Origin: Octopus sinensis
Lineage: Eukaryota
Direction: 5' to 3'
DNA: 64,000 nucleotides
Assembly: GCF_006345805.1 (NCBI RefSeq)
Contig: NC_042997.1
Location: 119,536,001-119,600,000 of the forward strand
Shown here one piece after another: positions 37,240 through 49,679 of this stretch. How positions within the stretch are numbered: the stretch's first letter is position 1; every line of letters begins with the position of its first letter. The notes beneath the pieces are model-generated. The model ran no database searches. It was not told the origin of the DNA and saw only the letters and a program-made list of their open reading frames with translations. The position numbers and the translations under genes are program-made.

Positions 37240-37665
37240 CATTATCGTAGCACCAAAATGTTTTTGGAAACTAAAATGAAAACTAAATCGGTATACCAAA
37301 TCGCTTGTCCTATGGTTAATCTGGAAGCGCGTTCCCCAGGGAAGAGCCAGCCTGGGATCGAAAAGTCATTAACCGGCACAAACTCGTCTCCGTATACGGA
37401 CATGGATGGTCACATTCCCCAACTCGAGCCGTCTAAGTTCACCACCACAACCACCACAGAAAGAAAAATGTAAGCGGAACAAATGGACCCGAGAAGAGTA
37501 TAAAGAAGTAATATACGCGTATTACTATGCATTAGGTAGGCCATCTCAAGAGAGACGAGTTTAGTTTAATGGCCTACCAATGTATACTATGAGTTTCTTT
37601 GCCCTAGGAGTCGGGAAGACACTCGGCAGGAAATGAAAGCAAATTTGAAAGATGAAAAAAAAAAG
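37240..37665 (+). mobile_element. Short internally deleted R4/Dong derivative (ORF N-terminus fused to 3'UTR)
   Basis: 5' part encodes ..CKRNKWTREEYKEVIYAYYYALGRPSQE (Dong/R4-like N-terminal motif). From ~37556 it matches the 3'UTR of the 38.6/40.4-kb LINEs (GAGTTT.GTTTAATGGCCTACC..GCCCTAGGAGTCGGGAAGACACTCGGCA). (AAT)n on both sides. Confidence 0.8.
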
Positions 37666-37688
37666 ATAATAATAATAATAATTAATAT

Positions 37689-38536
37689 ACGAAGCTCAGG
37701 GCTAAAAGCAGGGAGTGAAGGTTTTACATTAGCTGATCATGACCGAAGCATATTAACCCGGAACTACTAAACCAATGCGATAAAAAATGGAGCTGACCCA
37801 AAATGCCCATTCTGTACCAATGAGATTGTAACTATAGACCACCAAATCTCAGGGTATAGAGTCTTAGCACCTGTAGAATATATAGCAAGACATGACAAGA
37901 GTCGGCCAGTATTTACACAGGACAATATGTCGGCATTATAAAATCAAAACCGCTGACAAATGGTATAAACACCATCCTGAAGCTGTGACAGAAGGAGAAA
38001 ATGTGTCGATTCTCTGGGACTTCTCCATACATAACGACAATATATAAAAGCTAATAAACCGGATATTATTATAAAAGATCAGACAAAAAGGATGTGTTTG
38101 TTAATTGACATGAATATTCCTTGCGATCACAATATAGCGGCGAAAGAATTTGACAAGATCAGTAAATATAAAGACTTACTAACAGAAATTGAAAAAAATG
38201 TGGTATCTCAAGGAGACTACAGTACTAGTGATTGTAGGATCTCTAGGAATAATAAAAAAAAAAAGGTACTGAAACCTATTTGAAAATGATACCAGTCTTA
38301 CTATCCCTACAGGAAGTGCAAAAATCGTGTTAACTGCAACGACTCATGTACTGAGAATAGCATTATGGCTGTGAAAACAACATCCATTCATGAATTTTTT
38401 TAAAATTTATTTTTTAAATAGATATTTTACCTGTGAATGTGCGTGTATAATTTGGGAATGTATACAATGGAATTCTCTGCCCTAGGTGAACGGAAAACAC
38501 TCAGCGAGAAACGGAAATAATAAGAAGAAAGAAGGC

Positions 38537-38538
<2 letters not shown>
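37689..38538 (+). mobile_element. 5'-truncated decayed R4/Dong LINE (RLE region + 3'UTR), sister subfamily
   Basis: RSSGLKAGSEGF, CPFCTNEIVTIDH, KANKPDIIIKD and LIDMNIPCDHNIAAKEFDKISKYKDL. (AAT)n flanks. Confidence 0.87.
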
Positions 38539-38590
<52 letters not shown>

Positions 38591-38610
38591 TAATAATAAT
38601 AATAATAATA

Positions 38611-40327
38611 CTTAAAACTTTATGGTAAAGACAATAATGAACTTGAAGGCCTATTGCGCACCGTGAAAGCATTCAGCGATGACATCGGGATGGAGTTTGG
38701 ACTTGAGAAGTGTGCCAAGGCCACTTTCCAGAAAGGGAAAGTGAAGACCACAAATTCAGTCGTGTTAGATGTTGACACAGTCATAAGAGAGCTTGAGCAA
38801 GAACAAACATACAAATATTTAGGGATAAATGAAGGCTCTGGTATTCAGCATGCAAGCATGAAAGAGAAAATCAGGAAGGAATGTTATAGGAGAGTTCGTG
38901 CAGTCATGAAATCTGAACTAAATGCACGTAACCAGGGGTTAGCTATAACTTCCTTAGCAGTTCCAGTTGTTACTTATAGCTACAATGTGTTGAACTGGAA
39001 TATGAGTGAAGTAAAGAATATAGATAGAAAAATACGCAAGCTGCTGAGTTGTAATAGGATGCACCACCCAAAGGTAGACGTAGATCGCCTTTACCTTCCC
39101 AGAGCCCAAGGAGGTCGAGGCCTGATCCAATTTGAACTAGCTTACAAAACAACCACAATTGGACTGGCCAAATATCTCGAAATATCGAATGACTAGATGC
39201 TAAAGCTCGTGGAAAATCACGAGAGACGAAAGAAGCTTCATTCTATCATAAAGGAAAGCAAAAAATTTGCTATTGATCTCGTGCAGGATACCCAATCTGA
39301 ACAACCCGAGTGAAGTACGGCAACTATTGTTGCAAAGAAGGTGAAAATGATGGCAATGAAGAAAGCGCACGAGCAATTGGCTGATAGGTGGGAGGAGAAA
39401 CCTCTGCACGGCAAATATGTGACCCGCAGCAAACAAGCTGATGTTGACCAGAAGCAAACACATCAGTGGCTACGGAGCTCAGGGCTAAAAGCATAGAGCG
39501 AAGGTTTCATCCTGGCTGCTCAAGATCAAAGCCTATTAACCCGGAACTACCAGGCCAATGTGATGAAAAATGGAGCAGACCCAAAATGCCGATTCTGCAA
39601 CGACATGATTGAAACAGTGGACCACCTAATCTCTGGATGTAAAGTCTTGGCACCAGTGGAGTATAAATTAAGACATGACAGAGTTGGCCAATATCTCCAC
39701 TGGCTAATAAGTCGGCATTACAATATCAAAACTGCCGACAAGTGGTATAATCACCACCCTGAGGCTGTAACTGAAGGAGAAAATGTAACCATTCTGTGGG
39801 ACTTTCCAGTACATACAGACCGAACCATCAAGGCCAATAAACCAGATATTGTTGTGAAAGACCAAAACAATAAAGTTTGCTTATTGATCGACATGAGCAT
39901 CCCCTGTGATCATAATATCTCAGCGAAAGAGTTTGACAAGCTCAGAAAATATAAAGACCTACTCATTGAAATTGAGAAAATGTGGCATCTCAAGGCGGTT
40001 ACAATACCAGTGATCGTAGGAGCACTAGGAATGATCAAGAAGGGAACCGAAAATTATATGAGAATGATCCCTGGCTTACCATCCCTGCAAGAAGTGCAAA
40101 AGATTGTCTTAACTGGTACATCACACGTATTGAGAAGAGCATTGTCGATGTGAGAACTGTTGCTGCTCATGTATTTTAATTTAACTTTAAAAAAAAAAAA
40201 AAAAAAGAACGAACTACTGAGTTTGGTTTAATGGCCTACCAATGTATGCTATGAGTTTCTTTGCCCTAGGAGTCGGGAAGACACTCGGCAAGAAATGGAA
40301 GTAAATTTGAAAGAAGAAAAAAAAAAG
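38611..40327 (+). mobile_element. 5'-truncated R4/Dong LINE, copy 1 of tandem pair
   Basis: FGLEKCAKA, YKYLGI, MHHPKVDVDRLYLPR.GGRGL, CRFCNDMIETVDHLISGC, RHDRVG, KPDIVV, IDMSIPCD and KYKDL; 3'UTR then (AAT)n. Confidence 0.95.
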
Positions 40328-40377
40328 TAATAATAATAATAATAAATAATAATAATAATATAATAATAATAATAATA

Positions 40378-42093
40378 CTTAAAACTTTATGGTAAAGACA
40401 ATAATGAACTTGAAGGCCTATTGCGCACCGTGAAAGCATTCAGCGATGACATCGGGATGGAGTTTGGACTTGAGAAGTGTGCCAAGGCCACTTTCCAGAA
40501 AGGGAAAGTGAAGACCACAAATTCAGTCGTGTTAGATGTTGACACAGTCATAAGAGAGCTTGAGCAAGAACAAACATACAAATATTTAGGGATAAATGAA
40601 GGCTCTGGTATTCAGCATGCAAGCATGAAAGAGAAAATCAGGAGGGAATGTTATAGGAGAGTTCGTGCAGTCATGAAATCTGAACTAAATGCACGTAACC
40701 AGGGGTTAGCTATAACTTCCTTAGCAGTTCCAGTTGTTACTTATAGCTACAATGTGTTGAACTGGAATATGAGTGAAGTAAAGAATATAGATAGAAAAAT
40801 ACGCAAGCTGCTGAGTTGTAATAGGATGCACCACCCAAAGGTAGACGTAGATCGCCTTTACCTTCCCAGAGCCCAAGGAGGTCGAGGCCTGATCCAATTT
40901 GAACTAGCTTACAAAACAACCACAATTGGACTGGCCAAATATCTCGAAATATCGAATGACTAGATGCTAAAGCTCGTGGAAAATCACGAGAGACGAAAGA
41001 AGCTTCATTCTATCATAAAGGAAAGCAAAAAATTTGCTATTGATCTCGTGCAGGATACCCAATCTGAACAACCCGAGTGAAGTACGGCAACTATTGTTGC
41101 AAAGAAGGTGAAAATGATGGCAATGAAGAAAGCGCACGAGCAATTGGCTGATAGGTGGGAGGAGAAACCTCTGCACGGCAAATATGTGACCCGCAGCAAA
41201 CAAGCTGATGTTGACCAGAAGCAAACCCATCAGTGGCTACGGAGCTCAGGGCTAAAAGCATAGAGCGAAGGTTTCATCCTGGCTGCTCAAGATCAAAGCC
41301 TATTAACCCGGAACTACCAGGCCAATGTGATGAAAAATGGAGCAGACCCAAAATGCCGATTCTGCAACGACATGATTGAAACAGTGGACCACCTAATCTC
41401 TGGATGTAAAGTCTTGGCACCAGTGGAGTATAATTAAGACATGACAGAGTTGGCCAATATCTCCACTGGCTAATAAGTCGGCATTACAATATCAAAACTG
41501 CCGACAAGTGGTATAATCACCACCCTGAGGCTGTAACTGAAGGAGAAAATGTAACCATTCTGTGGGACTTTCCAGTACATACAGACCGAACCATCAAGGC
41601 CAATAAACCAGATATTGTTGTGAAAGACCAAAACAATAAAGTTTGCTTATTGATCGACATGAGCATCCCCTGTGATCATAATATCTCAGCGAAAGAGTTT
41701 GACAAGCTCAGAAAATATAAAGACCTACTCATTGAAATTGAGAAAATGTGGCATCTCAAGGCGGTTACAATACCAGTGATCGTAGGAGCACTAGGAATGA
41801 TCAAGAAGGGAACCGAAAATTATATGAGAATGATCCCTGGCTTACCATCCCTGCAAGAAGTGCAAAAGATTGTCTTAACTGGTACATCACACGTATTGAG
41901 AAGAGCATTGTCGATGTGAGAACTGTTGCTGCTCATGTATTTTAATTTAACTTTAAAAAAAAAAAAAAAAAAGAACGAACTACTGAGTTTGGTTTAATGG
42001 CCTACCAATGTATGCTATGAGTTTCTTTGCCCTAGGAGTCGGGAAGACACTCGGCAAGAAATGGAAGTAAATTTGAAAGAAGAAAAAAAAAAG
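40378..42093 (+). mobile_element. 5'-truncated R4/Dong LINE, copy 2 of tandem pair (near-identical)
   Basis: Same 5' breakpoint (CTTAAAACTTTATGG) and same premature stops as copy 1; only about 3 differences seen. Confidence 0.95.
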
Positions 42094-42111
42094 TAATAAT
42101 AATAATAATAA

Positions 42112-42161
<50 letters not shown>

Positions 42162-42162
<1 letters not shown>

Positions 42163-42784
42163 TGATGCAGTACCTTGCCCTGATTCAGTACCTTGCCCTG
42201 ACGCAGTACCTTGCCCTGATGCAGTACATTGCCCTGATGCAGTACCAGGCAGTGGCTCTCATGGCTTCTGATCTTAACTGATTTGAAGTGTTATCATGTA
42301 CATTCTTTTGTGTTGGTATAAAAGATGGGCTACAGCAAATATTCTGCTCAATACCACAGATTTGCTTGTCAGTTGTTTGACCTTAACCAGTTGAGCATGT
42401 CCCTTAGTGGCTGACGATACGTGCATCTCTGATCACGAGCAGAAGTAGTGTGGGAGCATCATAGCCTTGTGTTGAGAGAGATTCTTTGGGGTTAGAATAA
42501 TTCACCTCTGAAAACATGGGTGGTTCTTTCAACATCCTTAAACAACCCTTATTCAGGGACCTTTTGAGCGGGATGGGCTACTCAATCTGAAGAAAATTCT
42601 AACTGGGCCCCACCTGCAAGGTCATGTGCTGTTTATCTTGATATGAGATCACCATGTCGCGTACATATGGTTGTGATGCATGTGCCTGGTGTACCCTTAT
42701 CAGACGTGTAGTCATGATGGGTATATTGGGCTTCGTATATTTTACCCCAGTGTCACTTTGATGGCATGAACTGCTCTCTCACTC
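42162..42784 (+). mobile_element. Repeat X copy with 4 extra 18-bp tandem units at its 5' end
   Basis: (CTGATGCAGTACCTTGCC)-like unit x4 at 42162-42233, then the standard repeat X body. Confidence 0.85.
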
Positions 42785-42846
<62 letters not shown>

Positions 42847-42852
42847 TGATAA

Positions 42853-44090
42853 TGTACATGAAGGGGCACTGGGAGCACTAACAAACAAATTCTAGAAATA
42901 TGTCAAAGAAATTGGAATGGACATGAGCGCAGAGCAATCCCCCAAAACTGCTCTTCTAGGGACAGCTAGGAAATTAATACTGTCACTTGAATTTTGAATG
43001 TCTCCCACCATAATTAAGAACCAAGTATCACAGCCTATAACGTGCAGAAAGAGATACTGTGAAACCTCTGATGGCGGGATGTTGTCTGCTCTCACTGAAT
43101 CTATCAGTAAAGAACAATACCCTACGTTCTGAGGAGTAAAAGAACAGATGTCCATACATTAAAATCATTGTGGGAGAGACGAGTAATAGAACCTGACAGA
43201 GTACTATTACTCGGCAGTATGATTACTTAGATACTCAAGCAGCTTTTGTAGATTGGACAAAAACTAAATTGGCAAAACTTTGCAGGAGAACTGGGAAGGA
43301 ATTCAATATAAATGGAGGACTCCACCCAAGGGCAGGAGTAACAAGATTATACCTATATAGAAAGGAAGATAGACGTGGGTTGATATTAGAAGAAGACTGT
43401 GTGGAGTTAGCTAGTGTAGATATAGACTCCTATGTAAGTAATTGAGAGTAAAGTTTAATAAAAGCTGCCAGAGTCATATCAAGACATAGGGAAACCAATA
43501 TACCAACCGAACTTAAATACCAGAAAAATGAACAGAAATTATCTGAATGGCAGTGGAAGTAGTTGCATAGTATATTCTCAAAGATAGTTTCAGCAAATAG
43601 CAATAGTGCATTGGTTATGTTTGCAGATAGGAATGCTGAAAATGGAGACAGAAAGGTTGCTAATAGCTGCACATGCTCACGCATTAAGGACAAATTGGAT
43701 AAAATCCAAGATATACAAAATCCAATCTGTAGATTATGGATCAAAAGAGAAAAGCGTTAAACATATAATAAGTGAATATAGAATGCTGGTACAGAAAGAA
43801 CACAAGAAGAGACATGACAATCTAGCGTGCGCAATCCACTGGTACCTATGTAGAAAGATAGGATTTGAACATAATATAATAAAACACTCATAATTGCGCA
43901 ATCTAATAATCTCTACCTCATACGAGTGACAATGAAAGCACAAAATATTGTGAATAGCGGAGGAAAGGAAACTGAAGCCCTTGATGGTAACAGTGTTACA
44001 CCCAGCAGGCTCAGAGATACCGATCCGACTCCAGCATGTCGTTATCCAGCAACAGACCAGCACACATAGCGTAAATGCAACAAACAAATC
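42853..44090 (+). mobile_element. Older decayed R4/Dong LINE fragments
   Basis: GALG..KTALLGTARKL, RLYLYRK..RGLI, LKMETERLLIAA, EHKKRHDNLA..IHWYLC and PDPTP; many stops. Confidence 0.7.
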
Positions 44091-44611
44091 AATGCTGTGT
44101 TGATGGTGTGTTCTCGTTTATTTTACTGATACTTTTAATTAGAATTAAATTTAAATATACGGGAGTAATCATCCTTTGTCAATAAAAAGACATACGTATA
44201 GCATGAATTTAGTTCTAATTCTTTTTAAGAGTTTATCTGCTAGAAAGACATGACAATAATTAAAATACCTATCTATTTCATTGAAACTAAACTAAAGAAA
44301 TCATTAGATTGATAACTTAAAGTAATTATGGAGGAAAACAACGAAAACAACGTTTTGTATCCTTATAACAAGACGTGCATATGAGATTAAGTGACATAGA
44401 TTCTAGAAGTCACAGTATACACTAAAATCGGAAAAAAATTCAGGCTTTTATAACTCTCCATAGCAGTTTCTAGAAGCGTTCCGAAGTAATTCTAGCCAAA
44501 ACCTAGAAAGATTACAGCCCAAATCTTTTCAACCAATGAGAGAACTTTTCTAAATTTTGTTTAACACAAGGCCACCAAAACAAACAGATTTCACTGCACA
44601 TTCAGCACCCG

Positions 44612-44853
44612 TAAACAACCCTTATTCAGGACTTTTTAAGCGGGATGGCAACTCGACCAGAAGCAAATTTTATCTGGGTCCCACGTGTAAGATCATGCGC
44701 TGCTTATCTCGATATGAGATCACCATATCACGCACATATGGTTGTTATGCATGTGTCAGGTGTTCTCATATCAGACGGGTAGTCATGAAGAGTATACTGG
44801 GCTTCGTATACTTAGCCCCAGTATCTCTTTGATAGTATGAACCTCTCTGTCAC
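44612..44853 (+). mobile_element. 5'-truncated, diverged repeat X copy followed by (AAC)/(AGC)n
   Basis: taaacaacccttattcagg..tatgagatcaccat..cagacgggtagtcatga..ctgggcttcgtata matches the 3' half of repeat X. Confidence 0.75.
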
Positions 44854-44944
44854 AAAATAAGAACAACAACAACAACAGCAACAACAACAACAGCAACAAC
44901 AACAACAGCAGCAGCAGCAGCAGGAACGTCAATTATTTCTTATG

Positions 44945-45135
44945 TTGTGGGAGATTTTTTTCGGGGGTGGAGTGTTACTCAAAATTACTATCCCCAGTAT
45001 TAGTACATCATTTTGTGGAGTATGGAGAGATGAAAGGCAACCTTCATTTCGACAGGTTTTGAATACAGAAAGTAAAGAGTAGGAAAATTACCGCATGTAA
45101 TGTTTCCGACGTTCTAACGTTTCTACTCTTCTGTT
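44945..45135 (-). mobile_element. Degenerate SINE family B copy
   Basis: Weak match (gatgaaaggcaa..ttgaatacagaaagtaaagag..ttaccgc..cgacgttctaacg). Confidence 0.4.
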
Positions 45136-45641
45136 CCTAACAAAGTGGCACACCAGAATAGTGGTGAAAGTACAGTGAGTGATGCAGAGAATAGATATAC
45201 ATTTGGGAATGCTTGTATATGATGCTATAAGTCAAAAATAAAACACTGAAATAGATGTAGGTAACAGATAGAAAATACGATCCTTAAACGAAAGAGAAAC
45301 ATGCCAGGATCTGGGAATAGGAGAGGAAAAGCAGAAGCAAAAGTTCAGAGCTGAAGGAAGCCTTAGAGTGAAAGTTCTTGCTGAATGAAGATAGCAAAAT
45401 CCACCTTAATTACGGATAACATCACACTCACAGTGAAATTGAGAGCGATACTGTTTATAAAGAAAAATGAAATGAAAATAACGAAAGTAAAATACAGAAA
45501 TAGCTGAAGTTATTCTGAAAATGAATAGGGAAAGAATGTAAATGAGTGATGAAGCGATATAAGTTACTGTAGGTTTCTCTCTGTCTTTGTCTCTCTCTCT
45601 CTCTCTCTTTCTCTGTCTCGCTATCTCTGTGTATACACGAG

Positions 45642-45683
<42 letters not shown>

Positions 45684-46379
45684 AGGAAACCTTGCACTGA
45701 AATATTGAACACTTGATGCATGATCTAAGAAGAAACGGACTGTGATTGCATAGAAGATAAGTTTCTAATATCGAATTGCACTATTCCTCAAACAGAGCTC
45801 CACTATCAACAGCGGTATATGGCTGCTTTCTACGTCTGTATATAACTCTCTTTAACTGACAAATGCACCGAAATATTTGCTTTTATAACTCTGAGGATTT
45901 TGACCTTTCAAAGAAAATGTTATCGCAACTTCTCAGTATATATTATACATCGTAGGAAAATAGACACACTCTGATAATGCACATTGGTTCCCCGTAAGGT
46001 ACATTTTTAGTAGTAGCAATATAATTTGTTCAGGTTTGCAAGAACTGAAAAAATTACGGAGAGTCAATTTCGCATATGTAATGAAAGAAAGGGGAGCATG
46101 TCTATACTTCGTATAGCCTTTCTATTCCAAAATTTCTGTTTCGGAAAGGAAATGAAGTGTATCTCACTTTCCATGGTGAGTGAAGTGCTAGAAGATTCAC
46201 ATTCGGCGTTCTGGCTATAAAGTGTTGGACTGAATACTCAACTGTCCTGGCCGAGAATTTTTTCCCACGAGAGAAAATAAAAAGGTTCGCCCACACCCGT
46301 TCATCCCTTAATGTGAAAACTTACATAGGTTAAAGATTCCGGTCTGTCCTAAAAAAGCATTTGCCAGAAAATCACGGGT

Positions 46380-46950
46380 AGATGAAAGTATGTAACAGGC
46401 GCTTAGGAAAATTATCGTATATCCGCTACACCAAAGGGAGAAATACCATTACACAAGTCTCTCCATTCGACCGGGGTTTTATGATTAAATTGGTCATATA
46501 TGAGGCAGAAGTTACAGCAATGCTAGATGAGAGCATAACCCATAAGAAGAGCTATATAGGACTATGTGAAGGCGAATTGTAGATCCGAAATTTTCAGAGG
46601 TTGTAAGCATATGGCTAATTTCCTTTTGACGAACTGGAAAGTAAACCCGTTGAGTAAACCCATTGAGCAATTATGTCACAGTCTCTGAGCCACTATCTTT
46701 TCAATGTTGTATCTTACGCTCTATGGCGAAATAACTATAATTACCCATTTTGCTTCTTTCTCGTTTATATTTCGCTTTCCGGTTTTTCAAATATTCCACC
46801 ATTTATTTCTACTTCTTTCTCGACTTGTCTTGCTATATCTTTCATCTTATCTTCCTATTTTTAGTTCGTTATGGCATGTGCACAGTGCCTGATGATTGTA
46901 CAAAGACACCAGATGTGTTGAAAATTACTCTTCGGCATGCTCTCATCGTA
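46380..46950 (+). mobile_element. Decayed PLE GIY-YIG remnant
   Basis: LVIYEAEV..KKSYIGLCEGE resembles the IY..YIG of the PLE GIY-YIG type seen at 33.2 and 54.9 kb. Confidence 0.45.
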
Positions 46951-47017
46951 TGAAGCTAACAGTAGCACATAAAACCCTAAATTGTGTTTCTCAAATAATA
47001 TATACATACATACAAAT

Positions 47018-47051
<34 letters not shown>

Positions 47052-48620
47052 TCTCTTAGCAAAATTTAAACGTCATATTTTCTGTATATGTATACACAAA
47101 TACCTATATAATGCATAATACTCGCTTACGTATATGCCTTCACACTTCTGTATGTATACACAATATCTAAACAATCACACATACAAATATACACACATAC
47201 ATAAACACACACACACATTTATGTATTTGCATAATGAGTGGTAGTTTGAGTTATTTGCTGAAATAATAGTTATTTATCATTAAGCTAACAACTATTTATG
47301 ATTCGAATGAAATACCATCTATTAAGCAATCATTATAATCCTTAATTTGGCGAATACTGCGTCGTATATAGTGCTTATCGTTAACATACATGGAAGGATT
47401 AATGGACTTTCCATATCAAAAGTTATCGCATTACATCATAAACAAAAGGTTAATCTAGAATGTCCGCCTGATGCTAACGGAAAGGATTGGAGGGAATTAA
47501 TTGATTTTATCGCTTAGAATGTAATTATATCCGAATGAAAAGTCGTTGTTTTCGCTGACTCCACAGTGTTAGTGATATAATTACTTCTGAAGCTAACGGA
47601 GAGAAACGTATGTTTGTCTACAACAGGTTGAGCTGCACACTAATCGTGAAGCAAAGCCAATCGTTTCCTAGAGATTAGATATTACATTTCTTTGAGCCCT
47701 GTCATCAAATGAAGACAATGTACACGAGATCTCAAATAAGTGAATATCTTGGTGGCGACTTTCATCTACGAAATAGATTATAGCTAAAAATAAACAAGAA
47801 AATGAATTGGTGGACAGTATAATTTTCAGAGTGTGACCGGATGAATAAAAATAAACAAATCTATAGCTAACGGCTTCAGAAAATATTAAAATGGTTCGCA
47901 CGTTCTCAGTAAGAAATACAAAATATCGAATTATTCTATAGCATTGTAATGGAATTTCCTTAAGGCAATTTTTCCATCTAGTTGATACGATTTTTGTATT
48001 GGTAGACTGGAAGGGAAAGAAAACACAACATTTAAGTATATTATAATAGGTAAACTCTTAGAATATTAATTAATGTTGGTCTGCCTGAAATAAAAATTTT
48101 GTGTGTGTGTATTATTTTATGTGTTGCAAGTCAGAGACGTAACTTTTGTTTTAATAGTAAATCGCGTTTTAAATGCATTGTATTTGTTTGTATGCAAAAA
48201 AATGCACGTGAAACAGTTAGATCCTAGCGGCATTTTAAAACTTTAATTTGAATAAAATGTGCCGAACGTTTAGTGCTTAAATGAACAACACAATAAATAT
48301 AAACCGATAAAAAATAGAGAAAAACATACCAGAAAGAAAAGAGTAAAGTATTATGCGCAATGCTATAAAATGATTTTCGCAATATGTCAATATATTTCTA
48401 ATTATTTTAACAATGATTTCCTTAAAAACACATTCAAATTTGTATAAGCAAGTTTGAATTTTAAGCGGTTTAGTATATAAAAGAAGTGTAAGCAAATGGA
48501 AAATATGCCGCCAACACCCACACGAACGTACACAGGTACATATATATAAGAACATGTATATATGTGTGTATGTATTAGTACACAGAACCACACGAACGTG
48601 CACAGGCGCACAGGGATAAG

Positions 48621-48654
<34 letters not shown>

Positions 48655-48820
48655 AGTGTGTGTGTGTGTGTGTGTGCATGTATTAATACATAGAACCACA
48701 CAAACGTACACTGGCACACATGGATAAGAACACGTATGCATGTGTCTATGTGTTAATTCACATAAACACACGAACGTACACAGGCACACAGGATAAGATT
48801 ATGTATGTATGTATGTATTA

Positions 48821-48886
<66 letters not shown>

Positions 48887-49117
48887 ATATGTAGGCATAT
48901 TCGCATACGCAGAGGGAACTGGTCTTAAGAGCTTATTTGTTTATATATATATATATTTAAATTAAACTTCAAATTTCCGCACTAAGGCACGGAGTATATG
49001 CCCTATGGTCGTAACTTCAACCGTGTTCTTCCTGTTGTGAGTGTGCTACCCAGGTATCGGTTATCTTTCGAATTATCCGTAATAAGATAATTCATTCATC
49101 TACTTAAATATACATAT

Positions 49118-49184
<67 letters not shown>

Positions 49185-49679
49185 TAAGAGTATACACATA
49201 AGCATACAGCTGCGCATACACGCACAAATATATATATATATATGATGGAGTGTATGTGTGTGTGTGAGTGTGTGTGAATGTGTGCATGTGTGTGTTTGTT
49301 TGTGTGTTTGTGTGAATATGGATGAAGATGTAAGATGAAGTGTAGCAGGGGTAAAGGTAGCACCGCAATGATATTTATATTCAGAAACTCACCTGATCGT
49401 GAGTTACACATATACGTGCTCAGACGCACGCATACACATGTTCAGACATACATACACACACATATACACGCACACAAAGAATGTGTTTGTGTATGTAAGC
49501 GCGAGTGCATGTGTAAGAATATTTGAATGCTTCTGTGGTGTGCCTAGATACATGTATGCGTGTTAGGGTTATGGATTTTTAAAGTTCTATATAAGTAAAC
49601 AATTTCCTTTATCAGAGCTCGATGAACAAGTTCATACAAAGAAGTATAATAACATTTAGTTTAAGGTTTTTTTTCAAGA

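Noticed and set aside
42162-42250. Tandem 18-bp units, and the 52.3-52.9 kb units, as a CRISPR array
   Set aside because: No unique spacers and no cas genes; eukaryotic TE context.
46885-46940. CTGATGA..GAAA motif downstream of the PLE remnant as an HHR
   Set aside because: Stems II and III do not pair convincingly; at best a fully eroded relic.
47440-47700. Possible decayed pogo/Tigger transposase or micro-exon (VSDIITSEANGEK)
   Set aside because: Similarity is too weak and no TIRs or supporting motifs were found.
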